A stretch of DNA of 64,000 bases from an uncultured bacterium (GTDB taxonomy: Bacteria; Patescibacteriota; Minisyncoccia; Phycocordibacterales; PALSA-1337): positions 4,419 through 68,418 of the forward strand of contig CAWKEA010000006.1 in NCBI GenBank assembly GCA_963848635.1, given 5' to 3'. Positions 18,325 through 26,782 of this stretch are shown here, one piece after another. Under the pieces are notes generated by a model, which worked only from the letters and a program-made list of their open reading frames with translations, ran no database searches and was not told the DNA's origin. Both the position numbers and the translations under genes were made by a program. Position 1 is the stretch's first letter. Every line of letters begins with the position of its first letter.

Positions 18325-19452
18325 TCAAAAGATGCCCTTGATGAAGCTCCAGAAACTTTGCAAAGCCGAAGCGTTTGAAATAGCGGCAGTGTTAGCTGTA
18401 TTCGTGGTCGTGCTCTGTCCGACCTCTGGAGCGAGCTGTGTTGTGGTCGCGCTTGTAGTGCTTGCATTTATAGCGCTCGGGAAAAGCTGAATATTCGGAT
18501 TATTCTGATTCTGCCCTGCCTTATAGGCATTGATTATAGCGATATCAGACGGGCTTAAAGCAAAAGGCGTATCGCAAGCCAATTCGTTGATCTGTTTTGA
18601 TGTAGTGATATAGACATATCCTGACGGTAGGGTTGCACCCCATGGGCCCATAATGCCGGCAAGATATCTCTGTTGAAAAGCCCTAACAGCAGTATCGGTC
18701 ATTTGATCGAAAACTCCGGTAACATTGACGTCAATGCCTTGGCTATTTTTCAGGAACGCCTGTAACAAAGCGACTTGTTGGTTATCATTGTCCACGCCTA
18801 ATCGCATATATGAAGAGATGAGTGGACAGGCCAAGACATGAACCTCGGGAGCACTAGAGGTAGACGTCAAAGCGACAAGCGGAACTGAGCCGCCGCTCGA
18901 GTAAGAATTTCCACCATAGAATGAGCCACTACTCGACACTGAAGAGCTCACGCCGCCGTTGTCATTCGCAACGATCGGAGATGTTGTCGTACTCGTAGGT
19001 GTAGACGTGGCGGTCGTGACCGTTGTACTGCTCGTCTCATCGCCATTCGAACCTTGTGTCACAGGGACAATGATTCCTTCATCACCATTTGAGCCTTGCG
19101 TAGTCGGAATTATAGGAATCGCAGGATCTCCATTGTTTCCGTTGGAACCAGATAAAGAAGGAATGATCGAGCTTTCATCAGCATTAGTGCTTGTTGCAGG
19201 CGGTGTCGCAGAGACTATTGTGGACGAAGTTGTTGATCCTTCATCATCGTTTGAACCTACTGTGATTATGGTAGGAGAAACCGTCGCGGGAATCATACTC
19301 ACGTTATCATCGTCATTTGATCCCGAAAGAGAAGGGGTTGAGGAAGTCACGGCGACCTGTGCCATTGCCGGCACAAAGAAAAAGCTCGATAACCCAAAGA
19401 TGGCCGCAGTAAATACGAGCGACAGTATAGTTTTTTTGATCATCATAGTCAT
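18325..19452 (-). CDS. secreted Ser/Thr-rich protein with C-terminal peptidoglycan-binding-like domain
   Basis: Signal peptide MTMMIKKTILSLVFTAAIFGLSSFFFVPAMA, then a long S/T/G/N/D-rich linker. The C-terminal VALLQAFLKNSQGIDVNVTGVFDQMTDTAVRAFQQRY fits the PG_binding_1 pattern. Confidence 0.6.
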   Translation of the reverse strand: MTMMIKKTILSLVFTAAIFGLSSFFFVPAMAQVAVTSSTPSLSGSNDDDNVSMIPATVSPTIITVGSNDDEGSTTSSTIVSATPPATSTNADESSIIPSLSGSNGNNGDPAIPIIPTTQGSNGDEGIIVPVTQGSNGDETSSTTVTTATSTPTSTTTSPIVANDNGGVSSSVSSSGSFYGGNSYSSGGSVPLVALTSTSSAPEVHVLACPLISSYMRLGVDNDNQQVALLQAFLKNSQGIDVNVTGVFDQMTDTAVRAFQQRYLAGIMGPWGATLPSGYVYITTSKQINELACDTPFALSPSDIAIINAYKAGQNQNNPNIQLFPSAINASTTSATTTQLAPEVGQSTTTNTANTAAISNASALQSFWSFIKGIF

Positions 19453-19585
19453 TGTTAGTGTATCTAAGCCGTCTTCGGGGTGGAAGCATTACACGCTGAT
19501 GTAATGATACAGGCCTATATACGGCTTTACTTTTAGAAAAATGACTGAATGACTTGGTCATTGAAAAAAATAAATAGAACGAAAC

Positions 19586-20644
19586 ATGAAGACGAAAACA
19601 ATAAAAAGCAATGCGATCATCGCCTTTGTGGCAAGCTCGCTTTGTATCGCCGCCGACCGATCGACTGCGACTCCCCTGTCGCCATCACCGCTGATAAAAA
19701 CGCAATTCTTCATCCTGACGGCGGATGGATCGCCAAGCAATAGCGCATGCTTGCAGAACGCCATGTCTTTTATGGATAAAGGCGAAACGGTAGGTTACAT
19801 ATCAACGAACCTTGCAAACGACCCGACGGCATTGGATATGCCGCATGTCCTCCGAGGATGCCAGATAATATCTGGCCCTGCCGGTTTTGAGCTATGGGAT
19901 AGCACAAACAGCCCGACGGGAAACTTCACCAACAATAACGGCTCGCGCATCGGTTGGGGCGTGGACTGGCAGGATACGAATCAGTTCCTCGCTTCGAGCA
20001 TCTCCTTCCGTCTGTGGTCAACCGAACCCGCAAATACTCTCTACTATACAGGCAACCTGGCGACGAATACATTTGATGGGACGCCCCTCGTATTCTCATC
20101 GACGCTCCGGGGCGAGTTATGGAACACAGACGGAACGGTGACTTCATATCACAATGGCGAAACAACCGCCGATCATCCGATCAATAGGATCATCGGTCTC
20201 ATCCGCGAGAGCTATTATGCCACAAGCATGTCGACGGTCGCTTCGGACCTGAGCTATTTCAAGGACGAGATGAACTTCATGAACTATGCCTCGTTCACCA
20301 TGTACGATAGTGCCGGGAACGTCGTCGCAGGGGCAACGAATCAAATATCAAGCCTCGTGTATATCGATACCCCTGTACGGGACGCTTTCGGGGAATGGTA
20401 TGTGCAGATAGAAGGTCAAAGGCAGATGGGCTTTACCTACTACCTATTACAAACGCCTTCATTGAACGATCCCATCGTCTGGAATACCATAGCCGGCGGT
20501 TCGGAAGGCCTCTTCAGAGCTGGGGCCGACATGCCAGATTCGTTCTTCCGAGGCTTTGAGTCGAATGGGGTATCGCAGGCATTCTCGGCCAACATCGCCT
20601 CGTTCCCGCATCCAACCATTCGAGTCTCGAACAGGAATGAATAG
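19586..20644 (+). CDS. secreted hypothetical protein
   Basis: Has a signal peptide; no recognised domain. Confidence 0.6.
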   Translation: MKTKTIKSNAIIAFVASSLCIAADRSTATPLSPSPLIKTQFFILTADGSPSNSACLQNAMSFMDKGETVGYISTNLANDPTALDMPHVLRGCQIISGPAGFELWDSTNSPTGNFTNNNGSRIGWGVDWQDTNQFLASSISFRLWSTEPANTLYYTGNLATNTFDGTPLVFSSTLRGELWNTDGTVTSYHNGETTADHPINRIIGLIRESYYATSMSTVASDLSYFKDEMNFMNYASFTMYDSAGNVVAGATNQISSLVYIDTPVRDAFGEWYVQIEGQRQMGFTYYLLQTPSLNDPIVWNTIAGGSEGLFRAGADMPDSFFRGFESNGVSQAFSANIASFPHPTIRVSNRNE

Positions 20645-20671
20645 ACGAGCCCTGGATGAGCCCTCTTGGTC

Positions 20672-20708
20672 TACACAGCCCCTTCCGTTTGGTCGGGGCT
20701 TTTTTTTG
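20672..20708. terminator. bidirectional terminator between convergent genes
   Basis: AGCCCCTTCCGTTTGGTCGGGGCT followed by TTTTTTTT. Confidence 0.55.
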
Positions 20709-20715
20709 ATAAAAA

Positions 20716-22236
20716 TCAAAATTGCTTGTTCAAAATGGAAAGTAGTTTCGAATAGAGCAGAGAAAAGAATCCGTACTCCTTTTGCCAATCGCTGAGCGTG
20801 ATCTCTTTTGAGCGGGAAATATATCCCATAAACGTGCCGTCAAGCGACTGTGCGAGATCCGTATCGCTTGTACCAATGAGATTCTCGGCGTTCAAGGCTT
20901 CTGACCGATTGTCGATATTGGCAGAGCCGACGAGAGACCATATACCGTCTGCAACCATGAATTTCGTATGGATCATTGACGGCTGATATTCATATATTTT
21001 GACGCCAGAAGCGAGCAACTGCTCATAATCCAAATGCCACACAGCGCGCAGGATAGGCGCCACAGTATCAGCTCCAGGAGAAACGATGCGTACGTCCACT
21101 CCATCACGAGCTTTTTCTTCGAGAATCTGCAGGAGGTCTTTATCCGGAATTATATATGAGGCCGATATATACAGGCTCTTTTGAGCGGACAGACATGTGA
21201 GCAAAAACGCGTCCCGCACAGGCTCATAGTCTCCGGATGGTATGCTCGTTATGCTGACGAAAGGATGCCCTGACTGCGCCACGGAAAGCGGCGGGTAGAA
21301 AGCTGGTCCAGAAAGGACTTCTCCTGTCGTGTCATTCCAGATCTGGGCGAACGAATCTTGGAGGCTTTGGGCCATGGAGCCCTTGAATTCGAACATCATG
21401 TCTTCAAAAGTCGAGCCGGGAGCATTGCCGAACCATTCATCGGTTATGCCCATCCCGCCGCTAAAGCCTGTCGAGCCGTCTATGACCATCGAACGCATAT
21501 GATCGCGGCTGTCATACTGCAGAGGATTCATCAAGTCAAATGGATGATACTCAGCCACTTTTCCGCCGGCTGCTTCCAGATCTTTTATATATACTTTTGA
21601 TAGGCTGTGAGAGCCGAAAGCATCGAGCAAAAGACGCACCTGCACTCCCCTATGTGCCGCTCCAATGAGCGCCGCAAAGACTTGGTCGTTGAAGGTGCCG
21701 TCAGCCCACGGGAACGTAGTGAAATCTATCGACGATGAAGCGGCATTGAGGGTGTCGAGAAGGATCGGCAGAAAATCAGCGCCGCTTCCGATCGGTATCA
21801 CGGCGTCCCCTTGCCCGATTGAAGCATTGGCAAGCTCAGATAATGTACGCATGAATTGTCCGGATCCGGCAGGCGCGATATCATCCACAGTAAAGTCGTT
21901 ATGATCGTAGATGGGCAATATGACCACCGATACAAGAATGCCGATCAAAGCCGCGATGAAAACTCCCGCCATCAATCGTATCTTTGAAGAAAACCGCCTG
22001 GATTCTTCGCTGTTCAAGAGATAGCGAAAGACCTGTCGTGGGGTGCCGGAAATGATCCACGCAAGGATCAGCAGGAGGGGAACAGAAGCGATCTTCAATA
22101 ATATATTTATCCCATCCGTGCCATCGGTAAAGATGACTGCATATGCCATAAGGACGATGAGGTAGCACAAGGCAACAAACATGACGTTCAAGATTTTCAG
22201 AGCTCTACGCCATTTTTTTTCATTACAATTTATCAT
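20716..22236 (-). CDS. cls: cardiolipin synthase / phospholipase D-family protein
   Basis: N-terminal TM helices. Two HKD-type motifs: HMRSMVIDG...GGMGITDEW and HTKFMVADG...GSANIDNRS. Confidence 0.8.
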   Translation of the reverse strand: MINCNEKKWRRALKILNVMFVALCYLIVLMAYAVIFTDGTDGINILLKIASVPLLLILAWIISGTPRQVFRYLLNSEESRRFSSKIRLMAGVFIAALIGILVSVVILPIYDHNDFTVDDIAPAGSGQFMRTLSELANASIGQGDAVIPIGSGADFLPILLDTLNAASSSIDFTTFPWADGTFNDQVFAALIGAAHRGVQVRLLLDAFGSHSLSKVYIKDLEAAGGKVAEYHPFDLMNPLQYDSRDHMRSMVIDGSTGFSGGMGITDEWFGNAPGSTFEDMMFEFKGSMAQSLQDSFAQIWNDTTGEVLSGPAFYPPLSVAQSGHPFVSITSIPSGDYEPVRDAFLLTCLSAQKSLYISASYIIPDKDLLQILEEKARDGVDVRIVSPGADTVAPILRAVWHLDYEQLLASGVKIYEYQPSMIHTKFMVADGIWSLVGSANIDNRSEALNAENLIGTSDTDLAQSLDGTFMGYISRSKEITLSDWQKEYGFFSLLYSKLLSILNKQF

Positions 22237-22256
22237 CGTTGCATGTCTGGTAAGAT

Positions 22257-22844
22257 TTAAAGCGATGCATACACATAGACCGCCAATGCTATGAGCACCG
22301 CCTGGAAAGGCACGCCCACAAGCGGCTTGTCATTGAAATCTCTTTCAGAATGACACCAAACATGGAATCTCTGCAGAGACACCATTGGCTGGTGACGCCA
22401 TTTGAAATATACGAATTGAAGCGCATCGGGAAGAACCGCCCCAAAAGCACCGATGAGAGGCGCCCACAGGAGATGCGGGCCGTTCAGAGTAAAGAATAAT
22501 AGAACCAATAAGATTCCGCAGGACATATCACAGCCGATCTTGAGCAAATCTACGAAAAAATCCTTGTTTATAGCCATGGCATCATTCAAACGGTTGCTAT
22601 CATCCTTTTTATACGAAGAGAGAGAATAATCCCAATGGGGTATGGCATCAAGGACAAAGTGGCTTGCAAAAGCGAGCACAAATCCAACCAAAAGATGATC
22701 CGGCATACTGCTAGCCAATGCGGCACCGACGACTGCATGAGTAGTGAGGGTCATGTGAGCAAAATATCGATACAGCATATAGTAGCATATCATGCGCGCG
22801 TCTGCTCCTTGCCCGACATTTGCCCGATATTCTTGCTCGATCAA
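22257..22844 (-). CDS. membrane-bound metal-dependent hydrolase-like protein (YdjM/DUF457-like)
   Basis: His-rich hydrophobic protein (HAVVGAALA...DHLLVG...ASHFVLDAIPHW). The family assignment is from memory, so confidence is low. Confidence 0.4.
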   Translation of the reverse strand: MIEQEYRANVGQGADARMICYYMLYRYFAHMTLTTHAVVGAALASSMPDHLLVGFVLAFASHFVLDAIPHWDYSLSSYKKDDSNRLNDAMAINKDFFVDLLKIGCDMSCGILLVLLFFTLNGPHLLWAPLIGAFGAVLPDALQFVYFKWRHQPMVSLQRFHVWCHSERDFNDKPLVGVPFQAVLIALAVYVYASL

Positions 22845-22956
22845 TGTATGGCCAGACGATCAATATGTGACCAGACATCTCATAGTTATTTTCAAGGAGA
22901 TTTTTACTGCCGTAAGCAGGCTTTTATTTTCCCGTGAAAAGCGGTAGACTACAGCC

Positions 22957-23400
22957 ATGCATGAAAAAATAAAAAATGAGATCAAGGACGCCATGAGAGC
23001 CAGGGATTCCATACGGCTCGAGACCCTGCGCGGACTATCTGCCGCCTTTAATAGCGAGCTTCTCAAAAAGCCCGGTTCAAATTCCCTGTTGGACGAAGAA
23101 GTGATCGCCGTCATCCGTCGAGCCGTCAAACAAAGAAAAGATTCTATCGAACAATTCGAGAAAGGCGGACGCGCGGATCTGGCTGACAAGGAAAAGGCAG
23201 AGCTAGTCATTCTTGAGTCATATCTACCAAAATTGATGGGCAGAGAGGAAATCAAAAAATTCGTCCAATCAAAGATCTCCGGCGGCGCAGTGTTGGACAA
23301 GGCCAAGATCGGTCAGTTCACCGGCGTCATAATGAAAGATCTCAAGGGCAAAGCAGACGGAGCGGATGTGAAAGCTGTGATCGAATCGCTTCTCGGTTAG
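22957..23400 (+). CDS. yqeY: GatB/YqeY domain protein
   Basis: The full-length pattern IKDAMRARD...LRGLSAAF...AELVILESYLP...FTGVIMKDLKGKADGADVKAVIESLL is typical of YqeY. Confidence 0.9.
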   Translation: MHEKIKNEIKDAMRARDSIRLETLRGLSAAFNSELLKKPGSNSLLDEEVIAVIRRAVKQRKDSIEQFEKGGRADLADKEKAELVILESYLPKLMGREEIKKFVQSKISGGAVLDKAKIGQFTGVIMKDLKGKADGADVKAVIESLLG

Positions 23401-23734
23401 GTCCTTTTTCTTGGATCCTCCTTTGTGCTTATATAAAAAAGCACGGGATTGACTTTTTATTTAAAAGGTAGTATGATTGACTTAGCAGTACAACAAAAGG
23501 AAAGGAATACTATGGGAAATCAATGTGTAAGCCCTGACCTTGGAGCCTTGTTTTTCAAAGCACTCAAAGAGGCCCTTGAACGAGGTCCCGATAGTCACGT
23601 TTCTTTTCGGAGGGTAAGGCGGCAGTTCGTACAGTCCCAACAAAATAAACGCCGTGCGGATCATAACACGATCCAGATCGGCAGGCAGGTCTTACCGCCG
23701 CCTGATCGAGAATGATCCACAGTGTTAAAAACAG

Positions 23735-23765
23735 CGCCGACCAGTTGTCGGCGTTTTTTGTTTCA
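23735..23765 (+). terminator. rho-independent terminator
   Basis: CGCCGACcagttGTCGGCG followed by TTTTTTGTTT. It closes a ~280-nt plus-strand unit that starts at a TTGACT-N17-TATGAT promoter (23449..23478). Confidence 0.5.
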
Positions 23766-23799
23766 GCAGTCGAATCCCCTTTTTTATATTTTTGCCCTT

Positions 23800-24210
23800 C
23801 TATCTCTTCTTTTTTTGCCTATAGATATTCTTCGACTCACGGGTGATGGCCAGGATGCTGATGACGGCGATATACGAGGCGCTCACCTCGGCCGGCAGAC
23901 GATAGCTCTTGTTGATAAAAATCCCGCCGACAAAAAGAAAGACTATGAGCAGAGTCCATACGAGAGTGTAGAGCTCGCCCGGGTGCATCGAATCATGCAT
24001 GTTATTCCAGCGCCTGAACTCTTTTTCGGCGCTGAATACCCCAAGCGACGCGGCATAGATGGCCGCAAGCGCCAAAAGAACGTCGTTGGCGACAAGGGCA
24101 TTCGTAGTGTAGAAATCGTAGATGATGGCGACAAAAAAGACGAATGTCCAGACATTGGTCACCCATCTCCAGAATTTAAACGGCTTTAGCGATGTTTTGT
24201 TGCTATTCAT
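23800..24210 (-). CDS. hypothetical membrane protein (3-4 TM)
   Basis: Hydrophobic ORF between valS and yqeY. Confidence 0.5.
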   Translation of the reverse strand: MNSNKTSLKPFKFWRWVTNVWTFVFFVAIIYDFYTTNALVANDVLLALAAIYAASLGVFSAEKEFRRWNNMHDSMHPGELYTLVWTLLIVFLFVGGIFINKSYRLPAEVSASYIAVISILAITRESKNIYRQKKKR

Positions 24211-24221
24211 GATCTTTTTTG

Positions 24222-24242
24222 TGTCAAGATGTCATCTTGACA
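24222..24242. repeat. 21-bp perfect palindrome TGTCAAGATGTCATCTTGACA overlapping the valS stop codon
   Basis: Seen directly in the sequence. A second copy (19-bp core) lies at 26763..26781. Confidence 0.85.
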
Positions 24243-26595
24243 TGGGCCACTCCGACACCATAAGGAGCTGTCGCTTCCCTTTTGACGGCATATCCTTCCA
24301 AATCTCTTCGGTGATATACGGCATGAACGGGTGCAATGCTTTGAGCATAGTCTCAAGGATCAATAAGAGAAGCTGGACCCTCGATTCGCTGTGATCTTCC
24401 GCGCTTGTCGCGCCCAGCGCTTTTTTGCTGTCCTCCAATATCTTGTCGGCAAAAGAATGCCATACATAATGATAGAGCTTTTCCGAAACGAGATAGAATT
24501 TATATTCATCCATCTCTTTTGTGATTTCGGCAATGAGGTCGTCGAGTTCTTTTTTGAGCACGAGGTCAGCCGGCGACCATCTTTCAAAGTGCGGGTCAAA
24601 TTTGATCGGCTTGGCTTTTTGCTGATCCTTCCCTCTTTCACCATCAGCTGATGACAGAACGAAGCGCGCCACGTTCCACAGCTTGTTCGAAAACAGCTTG
24701 TACGCCTTTATCTTTTGCTCGTCGATTTTGCTGTCATTGCCTGGCCCGACACCGACGATGAGAGACATACGCACTGCGTCTGCGCCGTATTTCGCGATCA
24801 TGTCGAGAGGGTCAATGTTGTTGCCGAGCGACTTGCTTATCTTGCGATTTTTAGTGTCGCGAACGAGACCGTGCAGGTAGACAGTCTTGAACGGCACTTC
24901 ATTCAAAAGGTACGTGCTCATCAGGATCATACGCGCAACCCAAAAGAACAGGATATCGGAGCCTGTTTCGAGAATGGTCGTCGGATGAAATTCTCGATGC
25001 GCTTTGAACTCCTTTTCATCTGGCCAACCGAGCGTGGAGAACGTCCAGAGGCCCGAAGAGAACCATGTATCGAGAGTGTCGGGATCTTGGGTCCAGCCCT
25101 CGCCTTTTGGCGCTTCAAGTCCGACATAGATATCTTGTCCCAAACTTCGCGACCCGAGTGTCTCGCTCACACGAGATTTTCCTGCTGAAAAATCTCTCTG
25201 CTCCGCACCGTCGTGCTTCGCAAGGTTCGCTCGATCACTCGGGATCGCTACGCTTTCATTATTGATATTTTTGTACCAAACAGGAATCCTATGCCCATAC
25301 CAGATCTGGCGCGAGATGCACCATGGTCTGAGATTGTCTATCCAATTAAAGTAGACGCGGCTAAATCTGTCAGGAATTATTTCTATCGGTTTGCCGCCGT
25401 TGATTCCCTTTTCTACTGCTTCTTTCATAAGATTTTTCAAAGTGACATTGCGGCCATCGCGCTTGAATTCCTTGTCGACAGCGACGAACCACTGCAATTT
25501 TGGCAGAGGCTCGATGACGCCGCCAGTGCGCTGGGCGAGGCTGATGTTATGTTCGATGTCTTCTTCTTTTTCCAAGAGGCCTTCGCTCTTGAGCCACGCG
25601 ACGACTGCTTCGCGGGCCTCGGTGACTTTCTTGTCCTTTATTCCCTCTGCACCGACAGTCATACGAGCGAATTCATTTATGACCTGCTTCAACGGCAAGC
25701 CGTGCTTCTGCCCCATTTCCCAGTCGATCTGGCTATGAGCCGGTGTGACGCCGAGAGCGCCTGTGCCGAAATCCTTTTCGACCGCCGGATCTGCGATGAC
25801 TTTCAAATGGATCTTTTCGCCAGCAAAAACAGCGTCAAATTCCTTGCCGACGAATTTTTTGTAGCGCTCGTCGTCTGGATGCACAGCAATCGCCGTGTCG
25901 CCAAGCTTTGTCTCCGGACGCGTCGTCGAGATGGTTATCGGGATGTCTTTTGAATATGAAAAGGTATACAGCTTTGCCTTGCGTGTTTCGTACTCGATCT
26001 CATCGTCTGAAATGGTCGTCTGGCCTTTTGGGTCCCAATTGACGACGCGATAGCCGCGGTAGATGAGGCCATCGTCGTACATCTTCTTGAAAGCAGTGCG
26101 GACGGCGAGATTGCGCTTTTCGTCGAGGGTAAAGGCCTCGCGCGACCAGTCGATAGAAGCGCCCATCTTGCGCATCTGGGTGACGATGGTGTCGTGCGTC
26201 GTTTTGACATGCACATCGATGCGGCGGAGCATCTCCTCGCGACCAAGGTCGTGGCGCGACTTGCCCTCCTTTTTCTGGATGTCTTTTTCTACAACGGATT
26301 GCGTAGCGATGGCCGCATGATCAGTGCCTGGGATCCAGAGCGTTTTCTTGCCCTTCATGCGGGCATAACGGACCATGATGTCCTCGATGGCGAGCATGAG
26401 CGCCGAGCCCATGTGAAGGACGCCCGTCACATTCGGCGGTGGCAGGACGATGGAAAACGGCTCGCCGTTTTTGCCGCGGCCGGGCAGATCCGCCGGCAAT
26501 TTGTCAGGATCGAAATAGCCGCTCTTTTCCCAGATATCGTATATGCGTGACTCCGTCTCTACTGAGTTATACGGTTTGAGGAATTTTTCGTTCAT
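24232..26595 (-). CDS. valS: valyl-tRNA synthetase
   Basis: PPPNVTGVLHMGSAL is the HIGH-region variant typical of ValRS. KISKSLGN is the KMSKS motif. A class Ia editing domain is present. 787 aa, with no C-terminal coiled coil. Confidence 0.88.
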   Translation of the reverse strand: MNEKFLKPYNSVETESRIYDIWEKSGYFDPDKLPADLPGRGKNGEPFSIVLPPPNVTGVLHMGSALMLAIEDIMVRYARMKGKKTLWIPGTDHAAIATQSVVEKDIQKKEGKSRHDLGREEMLRRIDVHVKTTHDTIVTQMRKMGASIDWSREAFTLDEKRNLAVRTAFKKMYDDGLIYRGYRVVNWDPKGQTTISDDEIEYETRKAKLYTFSYSKDIPITISTTRPETKLGDTAIAVHPDDERYKKFVGKEFDAVFAGEKIHLKVIADPAVEKDFGTGALGVTPAHSQIDWEMGQKHGLPLKQVINEFARMTVGAEGIKDKKVTEAREAVVAWLKSEGLLEKEEDIEHNISLAQRTGGVIEPLPKLQWFVAVDKEFKRDGRNVTLKNLMKEAVEKGINGGKPIEIIPDRFSRVYFNWIDNLRPWCISRQIWYGHRIPVWYKNINNESVAIPSDRANLAKHDGAEQRDFSAGKSRVSETLGSRSLGQDIYVGLEAPKGEGWTQDPDTLDTWFSSGLWTFSTLGWPDEKEFKAHREFHPTTILETGSDILFFWVARMILMSTYLLNEVPFKTVYLHGLVRDTKNRKISKSLGNNIDPLDMIAKYGADAVRMSLIVGVGPGNDSKIDEQKIKAYKLFSNKLWNVARFVLSSADGERGKDQQKAKPIKFDPHFERWSPADLVLKKELDDLIAEITKEMDEYKFYLVSEKLYHYVWHSFADKILEDSKKALGATSAEDHSESRVQLLLLILETMLKALHPFMPYITEEIWKDMPSKGKRQLLMVSEWPMSR

Positions 26596-26762
26596 GCAGA
26601 AGATAGTAGCAGAAAATTGGCTTGATTTCCAATTTAAGGAAAAACAACCCGCACACTGACCATGTACGAGTTGTTGTAATGATTTTCCTTGGTGATCAAG
26701 GACGAGCGGAAGCTGGTGCCAGGACGCGATAAGCGGTTTTTACAAGAACACATCTTCCTTTG

Positions 26763-26781
26763 GTCAAGATGTCATCTTGAC
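26763..26781. repeat. 19-bp perfect palindrome GTCAAGATGTCATCTTGAC, 2 bp downstream of the ppdK stop
   Basis: Same core as the palindrome at 24222..24242. Confidence 0.85.
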
Positions 26782-26782
26782 A

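Noticed and set aside
18959-19504. Antisense 181-aa ORF inside the Ser/Thr-rich secreted protein gene, and similar antisense or overlapping ORFs throughout the track (for example 15341..15664, 16408..17013, 24715..25188, 25213..25953, 51487..52041, 54458..54883).
   Set aside because: They are embedded antisense in genes with clear homology (sigma factor, ParB-like, valS, murF, rsmH and others) and are typical GC-rich or low-complexity open frames without start or RBS support.
23440-23735. Tested for RNase P RNA, tmRNA or 6S RNA signatures.
   Set aside because: No GGAAAGUCCGG / ACAGARA (RNase P), no tag-peptide reading frame or tRNA-like ends (tmRNA). Retained only as an unassigned small transcript.
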